The position numbers and the translations under genes are program-made. Below the pieces are notes generated by a model that saw only the letters and a program-made list of their open reading frames with translations, did no database searches and was not told the DNA's origin. A stretch of 64,000 bases of DNA from Escherichia phage PNJ-9: the sequence record PQ100635.1; one strand, 5' to 3'. Position 1 is the first letter of the stretch, and every line of letters begins with the position of its first letter. Positions 30,658 through 39,154 of this stretch are shown here, one piece after another.

Positions 30658-31380
30658 ATGGAAAAATACACTGTGTATAAAACCACGTGTTTGGTTAACA
30701 ACAAAATTTATATAGGGGTTCATAAGACCTTAAAAGAAAATGATTCTTATTTAGGTTCCGGTACAGCTTTTAAAAATGCCGAATCAAAATATGGTAAAGA
30801 TTCTTTTAATAAAGAAATCATAAAAATATTTGAAACTAAACAAGAAGCATATGATTTAGAAGCTGAATTAGTAACTAAAGAATTTATAAAATTGGATACT
30901 AATTATAATTTGAAACCCGGCGGAGAAGGAGGCTGGGATTATATCAATGAAAACCGTATTAATGTTAATTCCAGTCCTGAAACTTCATTAAAAATTTCAG
31001 AAACACAAAAACAGAGATATAAAAACGGTGCCGTGCCATGGATTAAAGGCAAGAAATTACCAGGGCATGGGATTAAATCTAAAGAAAGTCGTCTTAAAAA
31101 TGGTAATTCATTTGAAGGCGAAAATAATCCTATGTACGGTAAAAATGTAAAAGATTTTATGAGCGAAGAAGCTATTATAGAATGGGGTAATAAAATATCC
31201 AAAGCGAATAAAGGTAAGATTCGTTCAGATGAGGCAAAAGAAAACTATTCTAAAGCAGCTAAATCCAGAAAATGGCTTATCCATATTTCAGGTAAGAAAT
31301 CTTCTACAACAGATGAAAACGACCCTAGATTGAGCCATCCTGATTGGCAATTAGGCCGCAAATGGAAAACTAATGAATAA
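30658..31380 (+). CDS. GIY-YIG homing endonuclease (Seg-like, freestanding)
   Basis: 240 aa from ATG 30658 (GGTGA RBS); N-terminal GIY-YIG module (YTVYKTT..NNKIYIGVHKT....DSYLGSG) and basic C-terminal DNA-binding region. Confidence 0.75.
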   Translation: MEKYTVYKTTCLVNNKIYIGVHKTLKENDSYLGSGTAFKNAESKYGKDSFNKEIIKIFETKQEAYDLEAELVTKEFIKLDTNYNLKPGGEGGWDYINENRINVNSSPETSLKISETQKQRYKNGAVPWIKGKKLPGHGIKSKESRLKNGNSFEGENNPMYGKNVKDFMSEEAIIEWGNKISKANKGKIRSDEAKENYSKAAKSRKWLIHISGKKSSTTDENDPRLSHPDWQLGRKWKTNE

Positions 31381-31573
31381 TATCGAAAAGATTTTTCGTA
31401 CAATCGAAGAAATTGAAAAACGTAAATGCTTTTTCTTCGGCGTATGGCCTTTAGTAAATGGACGGTTCGATATTGATGTGCTGGACTATGAACATGAAGA
31501 ATGGTTGGACGGCGGTATATTTGATAACGTCGACCAGGCAATTGAATGGTTAAATGAAAACTATGTACGATAA
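31373..31573 (+). CDS. hypothetical protein (66 aa)
   Basis: ORF overlapping HEG stop; no motif recognised. Confidence 0.4.
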   Translation: MNNIEKIFRTIEEIEKRKCFFFGVWPLVNGRFDIDVLDYEHEEWLDGGIFDNVDQAIEWLNENYVR

Positions 31574-31778
31574 ACATCATGAAATCGAAGATGAAGCATA
31601 CAAAATGCTTCGTAAACTAGTGGGACTTAATATGAGTCCTACATTAATCAACAAACTCGCAGGAATTCGTAATGATCTGAATACTCGTTACAAAGGTGAA
31701 TATCATGTAGAGTTTGTTCCTGTAGGTGAACCGACCGAGCGATTTGTTGTTCGAGTTAAAGTAAATACTGTACACTGA
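31554..31778 (+). CDS. hypothetical protein (74 aa)
   Basis: ORF; no motif recognised. Confidence 0.4.
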   Translation: MKTMYDKHHEIEDEAYKMLRKLVGLNMSPTLINKLAGIRNDLNTRYKGEYHVEFVPVGEPTERFVVRVKVNTVH

Positions 31779-31785
31779 GGTAATT

Positions 31786-32061
31786 ATGTTCCCAACTTAT
31801 TCTGAAATTGTAAAGGTAGTCTTCAGTCAGATTATTGCTAATAATATGTTTGAAGTGCTTGATAATGCAGCCGAACTCAGAGTTCATGCTCAACTAACTC
31901 ATGTACTCAATGCTTTGCTCCCAGACCAAGTAGATTCTATTGTTATTACTCTTCTCCCTGGGTCTGCACACGTCATAGTGGTATTTGATCTTGACGGCGA
32001 TTTAGTTATCCAATGTGATATCAATTTCGGTACACAAAAAATTGAATGCAAAGCAATTTAA
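31786..32061 (+). CDS. hypothetical protein (91 aa)
   Basis: ORF with GAGG RBS; no motif recognised. Confidence 0.4.
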   Translation: MFPTYSEIVKVVFSQIIANNMFEVLDNAAELRVHAQLTHVLNALLPDQVDSIVITLLPGSAHVIVVFDLDGDLVIQCDINFGTQKIECKAI

Positions 32062-32063
32062 TG

Positions 32064-32102
32064 GTTTACAACATGGTGGAGTTGTGATACTATAACTCTA
32101 CC
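32064..32102 (+). promoter_or_regulatory. sigma70-type early promoter with flanking dyad (PeSL-like)
   Basis: GTTTACA 32064-32070, TACTAT -10; dyad ggtggagtt/aactctacc (8 of 9 complementary). Confidence 0.55.
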
Positions 32103-32121
32103 AACAAATGAGGAAATAGAA

Positions 32122-32358
32122 ATGCTAAGTGAAAACCCAATTACAGTACACGAATTTCAGATTAAAGTAAAAGAATTTGCTCAAGCACTCATCAATAAAG
32201 TGTCTGAACGTTTCAAAGATGCAACATTACGAGTTATTCAAGAATCTCCACGTTCTTTTCTCATAATCGTTAATCCTAAAGATGGTGACCAAATTACTAA
32301 TCTTAAATTAGGCAGTGATGGTCTTGTTGAAGCAACTCGAGTATATGGAACACTATAA
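32122..32358 (+). CDS. hypothetical protein (78 aa)
   Basis: ORF with GAGGA RBS after promoter. Confidence 0.45.
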   Translation: MLSENPITVHEFQIKVKEFAQALINKVSERFKDATLRVIQESPRSFLIIVNPKDGDQITNLKLGSDGLVEATRVYGTL

Positions 32359-32478
32359 TGAGAGCTATCTCATTACTATCGTGAATGGTCATAAATCTGA
32401 GCACTACCAACTTAGCCTGTCTAATCCGGTTAAAGGTATTGTTGAATCAGAATCTGTTTATATCTCCTAAGGATTGTT

Positions 32479-33471
32479 ATGTTACCTGTCGTCAGAAAAC
32501 TTATTTCTCCAAAAGAACTGGCTGAGATTATTCCTTTGTCGGAAGCTTACGCATCACAAGTGGCTTCTCATCGCGAACAAGTTAATTCGATTATGAACGG
32601 TGAAGACCCACGCAAACTTATTGTTGTAGGTCCTTGTTCAATTCATGACCCTATTGCTGCTGTTGAATACGGCAAACGTCTGGCTGAACTTCAAACTCGT
32701 CTTCCTAATGTTCTGTTAGTGATGCGCGTTTATTTTGAAAAGCCTCGAACTACCGTAGGTTGGAAAGGTCTTGTAAATGATCCATATCTTGACGGAAGTT
32801 TTGATATGAACCACGGTCTTATAGTTGCACGAACATTGTGTCGTAAACTTCTACGTATGGGACTTCCATTAGCAACTGAAGTATTAGACCCATTCACGAT
32901 TAAGTATCTTTCTGGTATTTTCTCATGGGTTGCTATTGGCGCCCGTACGACTGAAAGTCAGACACATCGTGAAATTGCTTCAGGTCTACCGATGTGCGTA
33001 GGCTTCAAGAACGCAACCAATGGTTCTATTAAAGTAGCTACAGACGCGATGTATAGTGCCGCCTGGCCTCATCGGTATATGGGTATGGACGTCGATGGTA
33101 CTGTAGGCATTGTTGAAGCTGAAGGTAATCAGAATACGCATATCGTATTGCGTGGCGGGACTAACGGCCCGAACTATCATTCTTCTGATATTCAAGAAGC
33201 TTCTAACAAAGCAAGTGCATTAGGTCTGAATCATTATGTAATGGTTGACTGTAGCCATGCAAACGCTGATGGGTATTATAGCAATCAAATTGGTATTGGT
33301 AAAAATTTAGCAGCTAATGATTTGGTCAAAGGAATTATGATAGAATCATTCCTACATGAAGGAAATCAAAAAATTTCTGATAATATGTCCTATGGCGTTT
33401 CCGTTACCGATGCGTGCATCGGTTGGGAACAAACTAAAGAGCTGTTAACTTATATTAATAAGGTTCAATAA
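32479..33471 (+). CDS. 3-deoxy-D-arabino-heptulosonate 7-phosphate (DAHP) synthase, AroG/F/H class I-alpha type
   Basis: 330 aa; motifs recalled from E. coli AroG: GPCSIHD, RVYFEKPRTTVGWKGL.NDP, WVAIGARTTESQ.HRE.ASGL, RGG..PNY, D.SHAN, ESFLHEGNQ, TDACIGW. Confidence 0.85.
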   Translation: MLPVVRKLISPKELAEIIPLSEAYASQVASHREQVNSIMNGEDPRKLIVVGPCSIHDPIAAVEYGKRLAELQTRLPNVLLVMRVYFEKPRTTVGWKGLVNDPYLDGSFDMNHGLIVARTLCRKLLRMGLPLATEVLDPFTIKYLSGIFSWVAIGARTTESQTHREIASGLPMCVGFKNATNGSIKVATDAMYSAAWPHRYMGMDVDGTVGIVEAEGNQNTHIVLRGGTNGPNYHSSDIQEASNKASALGLNHYVMVDCSHANADGYYSNQIGIGKNLAANDLVKGIMIESFLHEGNQKISDNMSYGVSVTDACIGWEQTKELLTYINKVQ

Positions 33472-34052
33472 TGAAAGCTAGCACATACCTTCAGATTGCA
33501 TATCTGATTTCTCAAGAATCAAAATGTTGTTCATGGAAAGTTGGCGCAGTCATTGAAAAAGATGGACGCATTATCTCTACTGGATATAATGGCTCACCAG
33601 CAGGTGGCGTTAACTGTTGTGAACATGCATCCGAAAACGGTTGGTTGAAGAATAAACCAAGCCCGGTCATCGTTGCTGGACATAAAGAAGGCACTACAGC
33701 ATTTGGACGGGTGGATAATTTTGTTTTGGCTAAAGAACATCGGGCCGCTCATAGTGCATGGTCTGCTAATAACGAAATCCATGCTGAATTGAATGCCATT
33801 TTGTTTGCAGCTCGTAAAGGTAATTCTATTGAAGGTGCTACGTTGTATACGACACTTTCTCCATGTCCTGATTGCACTAAAGCTATTACGCAGTCAGGTA
33901 TTAAAAAGGTTGTATACGCAGAATTATATGACAGATCTCCTGAAAATTGGGCAGACATTCTAAAACAAGCCGGTATTGAAGTAATTCAGTACTCTCGTAA
34001 TAATCTTCGTTCTCTGAATTGGGAACAAATCCGAAACTTTTGTGGTGAATAA
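33471..34052 (+). CDS. cd: dCMP deaminase
   Basis: 193 aa; zinc-binding HAE...PCPDC cytidine/dCMP deaminase motifs; length equals T4 Cd. Confidence 0.9.
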   Translation: MKASTYLQIAYLISQESKCCSWKVGAVIEKDGRIISTGYNGSPAGGVNCCEHASENGWLKNKPSPVIVAGHKEGTTAFGRVDNFVLAKEHRAAHSAWSANNEIHAELNAILFAARKGNSIEGATLYTTLSPCPDCTKAITQSGIKKVVYAELYDRSPENWADILKQAGIEVIQYSRNNLRSLNWEQIRNFCGE

Positions 34053-34054
34053 TT

Positions 34055-34351
34055 ATGATTTTAACTGAACAAGAAACTATGGTTCTTCGTGAACGTATTA
34101 AAACTATTCTGTCTGTAGGCGTTCATTGTGTTGTATTTGAAAAGGCTAACGGCGAGGTACGCACTATGTTTGCTTCGCGCGATGAACTTGAAGTAAAATA
34201 CGAAAATAACAATCCAGCAACAGAAGTTCGTTATGAACCTCGTGAATCAGTTCGAGCATTCGACACCAAGTTAGGTCAGTGGCGTTCTTTCCGCCTTGAT
34301 AAAGTAATTTCAGTTGATGGTACTCCTGTAGAACGTTTGCTTCTTATGTAA
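34055..34351 (+). CDS. hypothetical protein (98 aa)
   Basis: ORF immediately after cd; no motif recognised. Confidence 0.5.
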   Translation: MILTEQETMVLRERIKTILSVGVHCVVFEKANGEVRTMFASRDELEVKYENNNPATEVRYEPRESVRAFDTKLGQWRSFRLDKVISVDGTPVERLLLM

Positions 34352-34378
34352 TATGCTTTACGAATAGTATGGTATTAT
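34352..34378 (+). promoter_or_regulatory. putative MotA-dependent middle promoter upstream of gene 31
   Basis: MotA box aTGCTTTA (34353-34360), 12-bp spacer, TATTAT 34373-34378. Confidence 0.5.
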
Positions 34379-34408
34379 TAATCTATCGTCAAACAACAAG
34401 GAAATAAG

Positions 34409-34741
34409 ATGTCTGAAGTACAACTCCCAATTCGTGCTGTTGGTGAATATGTCATTCTGGTTTCTGAACCCGCTCAAGCAGGTGATGAAGAAGTTACAGA
34501 ATCAGGACTTGTGATTGGTAAACGTGTTCAAGGTGAAGTTCCTGAACTATGTGTAGTTCATTCTGTAGGTCCTGATGTTCCTGAAGGTTTTGTTGAAGTC
34601 GGTGATTTGACTCCACTACCAGTTGGACAAATTCGAAATGTTCCACATCCATTTGTGGCTTTGGGACTTAAACAACCTAAAGAAATTAAACAGAAATTCG
34701 TAACATGCCACTATAAAGCTATTCCGTGTCTTTATAAGTGA
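34409..34741 (+). CDS. 31: co-chaperonin gp31 (GroES analogue)
   Basis: 110 aa; near-identical to T4 gp31 as recalled ([55 protein letters not shown]). Confidence 0.9.
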   Translation: MSEVQLPIRAVGEYVILVSEPAQAGDEEVTESGLVIGKRVQGEVPELCVVHSVGPDVPEGFVEVGDLTPLPVGQIRNVPHPFVALGLKQPKEIKQKFVTCHYKAIPCLYK

Positions 34742-34749
34742 TATAAATA
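34742..34749 (+). promoter_or_regulatory. late promoter TATAAATA upstream of rIII
   Basis: Exact TATAAATA immediately after gene 31 stop. Confidence 0.45.
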
Positions 34750-34865
34750 ACTATATGAAGAGAACACTCTTCTAAGCGGTAGCCTACAACTGAGAGACCT
34801 GTCGAAAGAAGGTGAAATTCAGACGAACGTGGCTACTAAATATTATCTCGAATTGAGAATTTAAA

Positions 34866-35114
34866 ATGATTAAACAATTACAACACGCTCTTGAACTGCA
34901 ACGCCATGCATGGAATAATGGCCACGAAAATTACGGTGCATCTATTGATGTCGAAGCCGAAGCCCTCGAAATCTTACAGTATTTCAAACATCTGAATCCG
35001 GCACAAGCCGATCTTCGCGATATCCTGGTCCAGAAAGATGAATTGAAATATGCTAAGCCTCTGGCTTCTGCCGCACGTAAAGCAGTACGTCATTTTATTA
35101 TTACCCTGAAGTAA
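34866..35114 (+). CDS. rIII: lysis inhibition accessory protein RIII
   Basis: 82 aa; length and sequence consistent with T4 RIII. Confidence 0.8.
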   Translation: MIKQLQHALELQRHAWNNGHENYGASIDVEAEALEILQYFKHLNPAQADLRDILVQKDELKYAKPLASAARKAVRHFIITLK

Positions 35115-35382
35115 GCTAAATCGAGGAGCCGTCGAATTGTCTGATTATCGATTTGCGAATCGGTATGTTTTAGAAGTACCGCCCCGACAATTTTACGGTG
35201 TACCTCTTGAATGTATTTTGTACTATCACGCGTCAGAAAAGGGTTATCTGTTTAAGTCGTGGTTGGTATGATGACGGGTTTATGGTTATCCTGTCGTTAA
35301 ATATCCAAAACCTATGTTCCCCTTGAGGGCTTGCGCAGGCAATGTCAATAAGTCCTGCATTTTCATTTAAAGAGAATTTATA

Positions 35383-35562
35383 ATGGCAAAACAAGCTAAA
35401 GCAAAGAAAGCAGTTGAAAAGAAAGTTGATGGTACCTCTAAACGCGCTGGATACAAGCGTGGGTCGAACTCTCGTATTAATCAAACAGTTGAGAAGATCA
35501 TGCGCAGAGCACGTGCAGTTCTTCGAGATGATGCTTCTCGTTTTGGAAAGGTTGTTGCATAA
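35383..35562 (+). CDS. small basic protein (59 aa), below the ORF-track length cutoff
   Basis: ATG 35383 to TAA 35560-35562; Lys/Arg-rich (MAKQAKAKKAVEKKVDG..KRAGYKRG); followed directly by a strong UUCG hairpin terminator. Confidence 0.5.
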   Translation: MAKQAKAKKAVEKKVDGTSKRAGYKRGSNSRINQTVEKIMRRARAVLRDDASRFGKVVA

Positions 35563-35567
35563 ATTTA

Positions 35568-35589
35568 GGGAGACTTCGGTCTCCCTTTT
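35568..35589 (+). terminator. rho-independent terminator (UUCG tetraloop hairpin)
   Basis: GGGAGAC-UUCG-GUCUCCC + UUUU; identical hairpin to the gene 32 terminator. Confidence 0.75.
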
Positions 35590-35622
35590 GTGCGTTTAGG
35601 GCAGAAAAAGTTTAAAAAAGAT

Positions 35623-35654
35623 GTTTACTCTCCTGTAGGATGTGTTACTATAGA
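35623..35654 (+). promoter_or_regulatory. sigma70-type early promoter
   Basis: GTTTAC 35623-35628, TACTATAG -10 region. Confidence 0.55.
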
Positions 35655-35693
35655 CTTGTACCACCTAATCAATAAAACAAACCGGAGAACAAA

Positions 35694-36062
35694 ATGAAAA
35701 TCAATCTGAACTCATACATCAAATGTAAAGACCACGACGGTTATAAAGCTATCGAAATTAAAGAATTCCAATGGATGTTATACAAAGAGCAATTTGAGTT
35801 CGTAGGTTGTATGACCCCTGAAGGTCCTTCTGATGATTTCTCTTGGAAAATTGTGTTAGCAAACTTTTTCACGGGTGACACATACGAATTAAAAACTATT
35901 ATTACTGGTAAAATTCGCTCAGAAACATATGTTGACGAAGAAACTGGTTACTCTGAAGATGTCACATGGTATCAAAATGGACGCATTACAGCAGATAACC
36001 TGATCGAAAAAATGAAAGCCAAAGGTGTTTTAAATTTAGACAATTGGATTAAAGTTGCATAA
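35694..36062 (+). CDS. hypothetical protein (122 aa)
   Basis: ORF with GGAGA RBS after promoter; no motif recognised. Confidence 0.5.
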   Translation: MKINLNSYIKCKDHDGYKAIEIKEFQWMLYKEQFEFVGCMTPEGPSDDFSWKIVLANFFTGDTYELKTIITGKIRSETYVDEETGYSEDVTWYQNGRITADNLIEKMKAKGVLNLDNWIKVA

Positions 36063-36066
36063 AACA

Positions 36067-36106
36067 GTTTACTTTGGTACAGGTTATGTTATTATAGACC
36101 TGTACC
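36067..36106 (+). promoter_or_regulatory. sigma70-type early promoter with flanking dyad (PeSL-like)
   Basis: GTTTAC 36067-36072, TATTATAGA -10; perfect 8-bp dyad ggtacagg/cctgtacc (36076-36083 / 36099-36106). Confidence 0.6.
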
Positions 36107-36136
36107 AACAAACAACTTAAACATCTGGAGAATAAA

Positions 36137-36502
36137 ATGAACTACACCAACTTCGAACGCAAATATGTTTCTAACGGTATCGCTGGTTCTATCGATATGG
36201 TTTGTTTGTGGAAGCATAAAAATGGTTCAGTATGCGAAATTGAGCAGTATATGACTCCTAATTACGTTTATATGCGATTTGAAAATGGCATCACGGTTTC
36301 AATCACGATGGAAGGTTCCAACTTCAAAATTGCATTAGATGACGATTTCCGTCAACGTGATTTAGGTACTCATCCTTGCTGGAACGGTGTTAATCGTAAA
36401 CTTCTGGTTAAAACTTGGATTCGTCATATCCTGAGTAACCGAGCTAAACCTGAACATCTCGAAGCAATCTTTGATGTAATTCTTAACGAATTTGATATCT
36501 AA
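36137..36502 (+). CDS. hypothetical protein (121 aa)
   Basis: ORF with GGAGA RBS; no motif recognised. Confidence 0.5.
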   Translation: MNYTNFERKYVSNGIAGSIDMVCLWKHKNGSVCEIEQYMTPNYVYMRFENGITVSITMEGSNFKIALDDDFRQRDLGTHPCWNGVNRKLLVKTWIRHILSNRAKPEHLEAIFDVILNEFDI

Positions 36503-36537
36503 TTTAACTGGGAGCCGAAGCTCCCATTGAGGAAATT

Positions 36538-37152
36538 ATGTTTAAAGTTAATACTTTTTATAAAATGAATTTTAAAAATGGGGATATTACTCCACGCCTT
36601 AAAAACATGTTCTCATATGACCTTATCGAGCCTTTTGAAGTTTTAGAAGTTACTGATGCCGGCTCGGTTTGTGAAATTAGAACTTCTGAAGGTAAAATTT
36701 ATCAGGCAGGTGTTGGTAAATTCAGTAATTGTTTTACTTTAATATTCTCGACTGATTTAGATGAGCATTTTATTGAATGTCATAACCATAAGGTCCATGA
36801 AGTTCCACAACAAGAAACTAAGAAAAATGGTCCGCACGAATATACCAAGGTTGAAACTCCTCACGGTGTGATGTGGCGTCATAACTCTCCTTTTGGAAGT
36901 AAAGGAACATTTGCTCAACTGCCTAAACCGTATGACGATGAAAAATACATCGTCGCCTTTTTATCTGAACAGGGTACTCAAGACCGTGGATGCCAAAGAA
37001 GTGGTTTACTAAGTGAACTTGAAGCTCATAACCAAGCACGTGAATTCGTTGAGAAAAATCCTGGTTCTGAAGCTCTAGTCATGAAAGCAATTACTCAATA
37101 TATCACTGCTCAACCTGTTGTTCATCCGGTAGAAATTAATTTCATTAAGTAG
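36538..37152 (+). CDS. hypothetical protein (204 aa)
   Basis: ORF with GAGGA RBS; no motif recognised. Confidence 0.5.
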   Translation: MFKVNTFYKMNFKNGDITPRLKNMFSYDLIEPFEVLEVTDAGSVCEIRTSEGKIYQAGVGKFSNCFTLIFSTDLDEHFIECHNHKVHEVPQQETKKNGPHEYTKVETPHGVMWRHNSPFGSKGTFAQLPKPYDDEKYIVAFLSEQGTQDRGCQRSGLLSELEAHNQAREFVEKNPGSEALVMKAITQYITAQPVVHPVEINFIK

Positions 37153-37182
37153 TTTACATCCAAGGACGGATTAGAGTATAAT
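37152..37182 (+). promoter_or_regulatory. sigma70-type early promoter
   Basis: GTTTACA 37152-37158, TATAAT 37177-37182. Confidence 0.55.
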
Positions 37183-37206
37183 GATTTCTTTAGTAAGTGG
37201 AAAAAT

Positions 37207-37404
37207 ATGAAATTTTTAATAGCACAAACAGTCCAATTAAAAGGTGTTGGAATTCCTGGGGTGATTTTTAAAGTTCTCCCTGAATTTAAAACCGCCGCTG
37301 GAATTATCAATGAAGCGTATGCTGTTCAATGGGTTGATTGGACTTCTGACATACGTATGGGTAAAGAGTTATCTCCTATTAAAGGGTTGAAACATGTTGA
37401 ATAA
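37207..37404 (+). CDS. hypothetical protein (65 aa)
   Basis: First ORF of a translationally coupled series ending in DNA ligase. Confidence 0.45.
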   Translation: MKFLIAQTVQLKGVGIPGVIFKVLPEFKTAAGIINEAYAVQWVDWTSDIRMGKELSPIKGLKHVE

Positions 37405-37612
37405 ATTAATCCAGAAATTGTTTGGTACGGAAATGATCGAAGTTACTTATCGTGTAACAGACGTTTTTCCATATTATGCAGAAAACCGTTTAGAACCATA
37501 TGTTACGTCAATTAAAATTCCTAAAAATGACGGAAATTTATCTATCGAAGACCGTATACCTGGATATGGCCATTGGGCCGATGTTGAAATTATAAGTGTT
37601 AAAGATGTCTGA
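37394..37612 (+). CDS. hypothetical protein (72 aa)
   Basis: ORF overlapping neighbours at both ends. Confidence 0.45.
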   Translation: MLNKLIQKLFGTEMIEVTYRVTDVFPYYAENRLEPYVTSIKIPKNDGNLSIEDRIPGYGHWADVEIISVKDV

Positions 37613-38063
37613 ATTAGAAATAAGAAGCAATTTCAAATGGCCGTCATGCGCATTAAGTAACTTTGCTCAATGGCCTTTTGTTATGGATGGTATTCAATTC
37701 GGAGGACTTGAAGGATTTCTCCAAGGATGTAAGGTGAAAAATGTTGAACAGCAAAGACGCATATTTGGGATGTCTGGATTGGCTGCACAGCAAGCTGGAA
37801 GGTCTTATGCAAGAGCTCAGGACCGTGGGACTCTCTTCTGGTTAGGAGTTCCATTTTCAAGATACTCCGAAGCGTGGAAAGAATTATACACAAATGCATA
37901 TTTTGAAGCCGCGATCCAAAATAAGGGGTTTCGTGATGCCTTACAAGCCTCTAAAGGAAAAATTTTGAAGCACAGCATGGCTAGCGGTCTAACAAAAGAT
38001 GATACAATACTAACCGAAGCTGAATTTGTTGATGTGTTAAACCTATTAAGAGACTCTTTATGA
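37605..38063 (+). CDS. NADAR-domain protein (YbiA-like; putative ADP-ribose/N-glycosidic hydrolase)
   Basis: 152 aa from ATG 37605; SNFAQWPFVMDGIQFGGLEGFLQGCK resembles the YbiA/NADAR signature SNFaaWPi.vDG..wpt.EhyfQA.K as recalled. Confidence 0.55.
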   Translation: MSELEIRSNFKWPSCALSNFAQWPFVMDGIQFGGLEGFLQGCKVKNVEQQRRIFGMSGLAAQQAGRSYARAQDRGTLFWLGVPFSRYSEAWKELYTNAYFEAAIQNKGFRDALQASKGKILKHSMASGLTKDDTILTEAEFVDVLNLLRDSL

Positions 38064-38875
38064 AGCCTACTATTTTGACTGATATTGATGGTGTATGTTT
38101 AAGCTGGCAATCTGGACTTCCTTATTTTGCCCAAAAATATAATCTTCCATTAGAACATATTTTAAAAATGATTCAGGACGAAAAATTTATTTCTCCTGGT
38201 AAACTGTTCAATACCGACGATAACCTTGGTAAACAATTAATAGAAAAATATAATAGCTCTGATTTTATTCGTTACTTAGCGCCTTATTCGGATGCTCTTC
38301 GAGTTATCAATAAACTAAAAGAAGACTATAATTTTGTAGCCGTGACGGCGCTAGGTGATTCAATTGATGCTCGATTGAATAGACAATTTAATTTGAATGC
38401 TTTGTTCCCAGGCGCTTTCTCTGAAGTAATGATGTGTGGTCATGATTCGTCAAAGGAACAATTATTTGAACTAGCTAAAACAAAATATAACGTGATTTGT
38501 TACGTTGACGATTTAGCTCATCACTGTGACCATGCGGCAGAAATTCTTAATGTACCGATTTATTGGTTGGCTCGTGGTGAACGTGATGCCATTCCTCGTA
38601 CTGCACAACGTGTACACACGTGGGATGATATTGAATCTCGTTTGGTTCCACCTGAGCATAAGTCAGATTCAGATCGTGAAGACCTTTTAAAACGATTGGC
38701 GGATTTGCTTAAAGAATCTGGTACAACAAGTCCAGGTGCATGGCCTAATCAAATTGGCACTCCGTCGAATCCGTATACCTGGCGCACCCCAGGACCAACC
38801 AATATGCAGCCATGGTGGACGATTCAAAACTTTCCTTTAGATTCGTCTAAATGGACTTGGTCTATAAATTGTTAA
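38060..38875 (+). CDS. HAD-superfamily hydrolase-like protein with Trp/Pro-rich C-terminal tail
   Basis: 271 aa; N-terminal HAD motif I (ILTDIDGV), candidate motif IV (YVDDLAHH); start overlaps NADAR stop (ATGA). Confidence 0.5.
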   Translation: MKPTILTDIDGVCLSWQSGLPYFAQKYNLPLEHILKMIQDEKFISPGKLFNTDDNLGKQLIEKYNSSDFIRYLAPYSDALRVINKLKEDYNFVAVTALGDSIDARLNRQFNLNALFPGAFSEVMMCGHDSSKEQLFELAKTKYNVICYVDDLAHHCDHAAEILNVPIYWLARGERDAIPRTAQRVHTWDDIESRLVPPEHKSDSDREDLLKRLADLLKESGTTSPGAWPNQIGTPSNPYTWRTPGPTNMQPWWTIQNFPLDSSKWTWSINC

Positions 38876-38884
38876 GGGTTAATT

Positions 38885-39154
38885 ATGTTTGTAGTTCATG
38901 ATATTACAGATGGTAAAAACACAACGCGTGACTACGGTCACGTTAACATGTTCTTTCGAGACTGGCCATTGTTTCGTTCAGTAAAAGACGCAGAAATATT
39001 TAAAGAGTGTGTTGAACAAGGGTTCATCTACATTTCAGAATATTATGTTGAAGGTCTTGGTAAATGGATTACCACTTATCAGAAAACGTTGAAATCGCTT
39101 CTAGATGAAGTGGCTTATAATAGAACCGTAACCAAAATCGAGGACATTAAATGA
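38885..39154 (+). CDS. hypothetical protein (89 aa)
   Basis: ORF overlapping ligase start; no motif recognised. Confidence 0.5.
   Translation: MFVVHDITDGKNTTRDYGHVNMFFRDWPLFRSVKDAEIFKECVEQGFIYISEYYVEGLGKWITTYQKTLKSLLDEVAYNRTVTKIEDIK

Noticed and set aside
35115-35383. Possible tRNA gene in the ORF-free interval
   Set aside because: No acceptor-stem/T-loop (GTTCRANYC-like) arrangement consistent with a cloverleaf could be found by eye; left as candidate structured RNA only
35233-35484. - strand ORF (83 aa) in the rIII-downstream interval
   Set aside because: Opposite to the transcription direction of the whole early region, overlaps the start of the + strand small basic gene, no promoter or RBS seen
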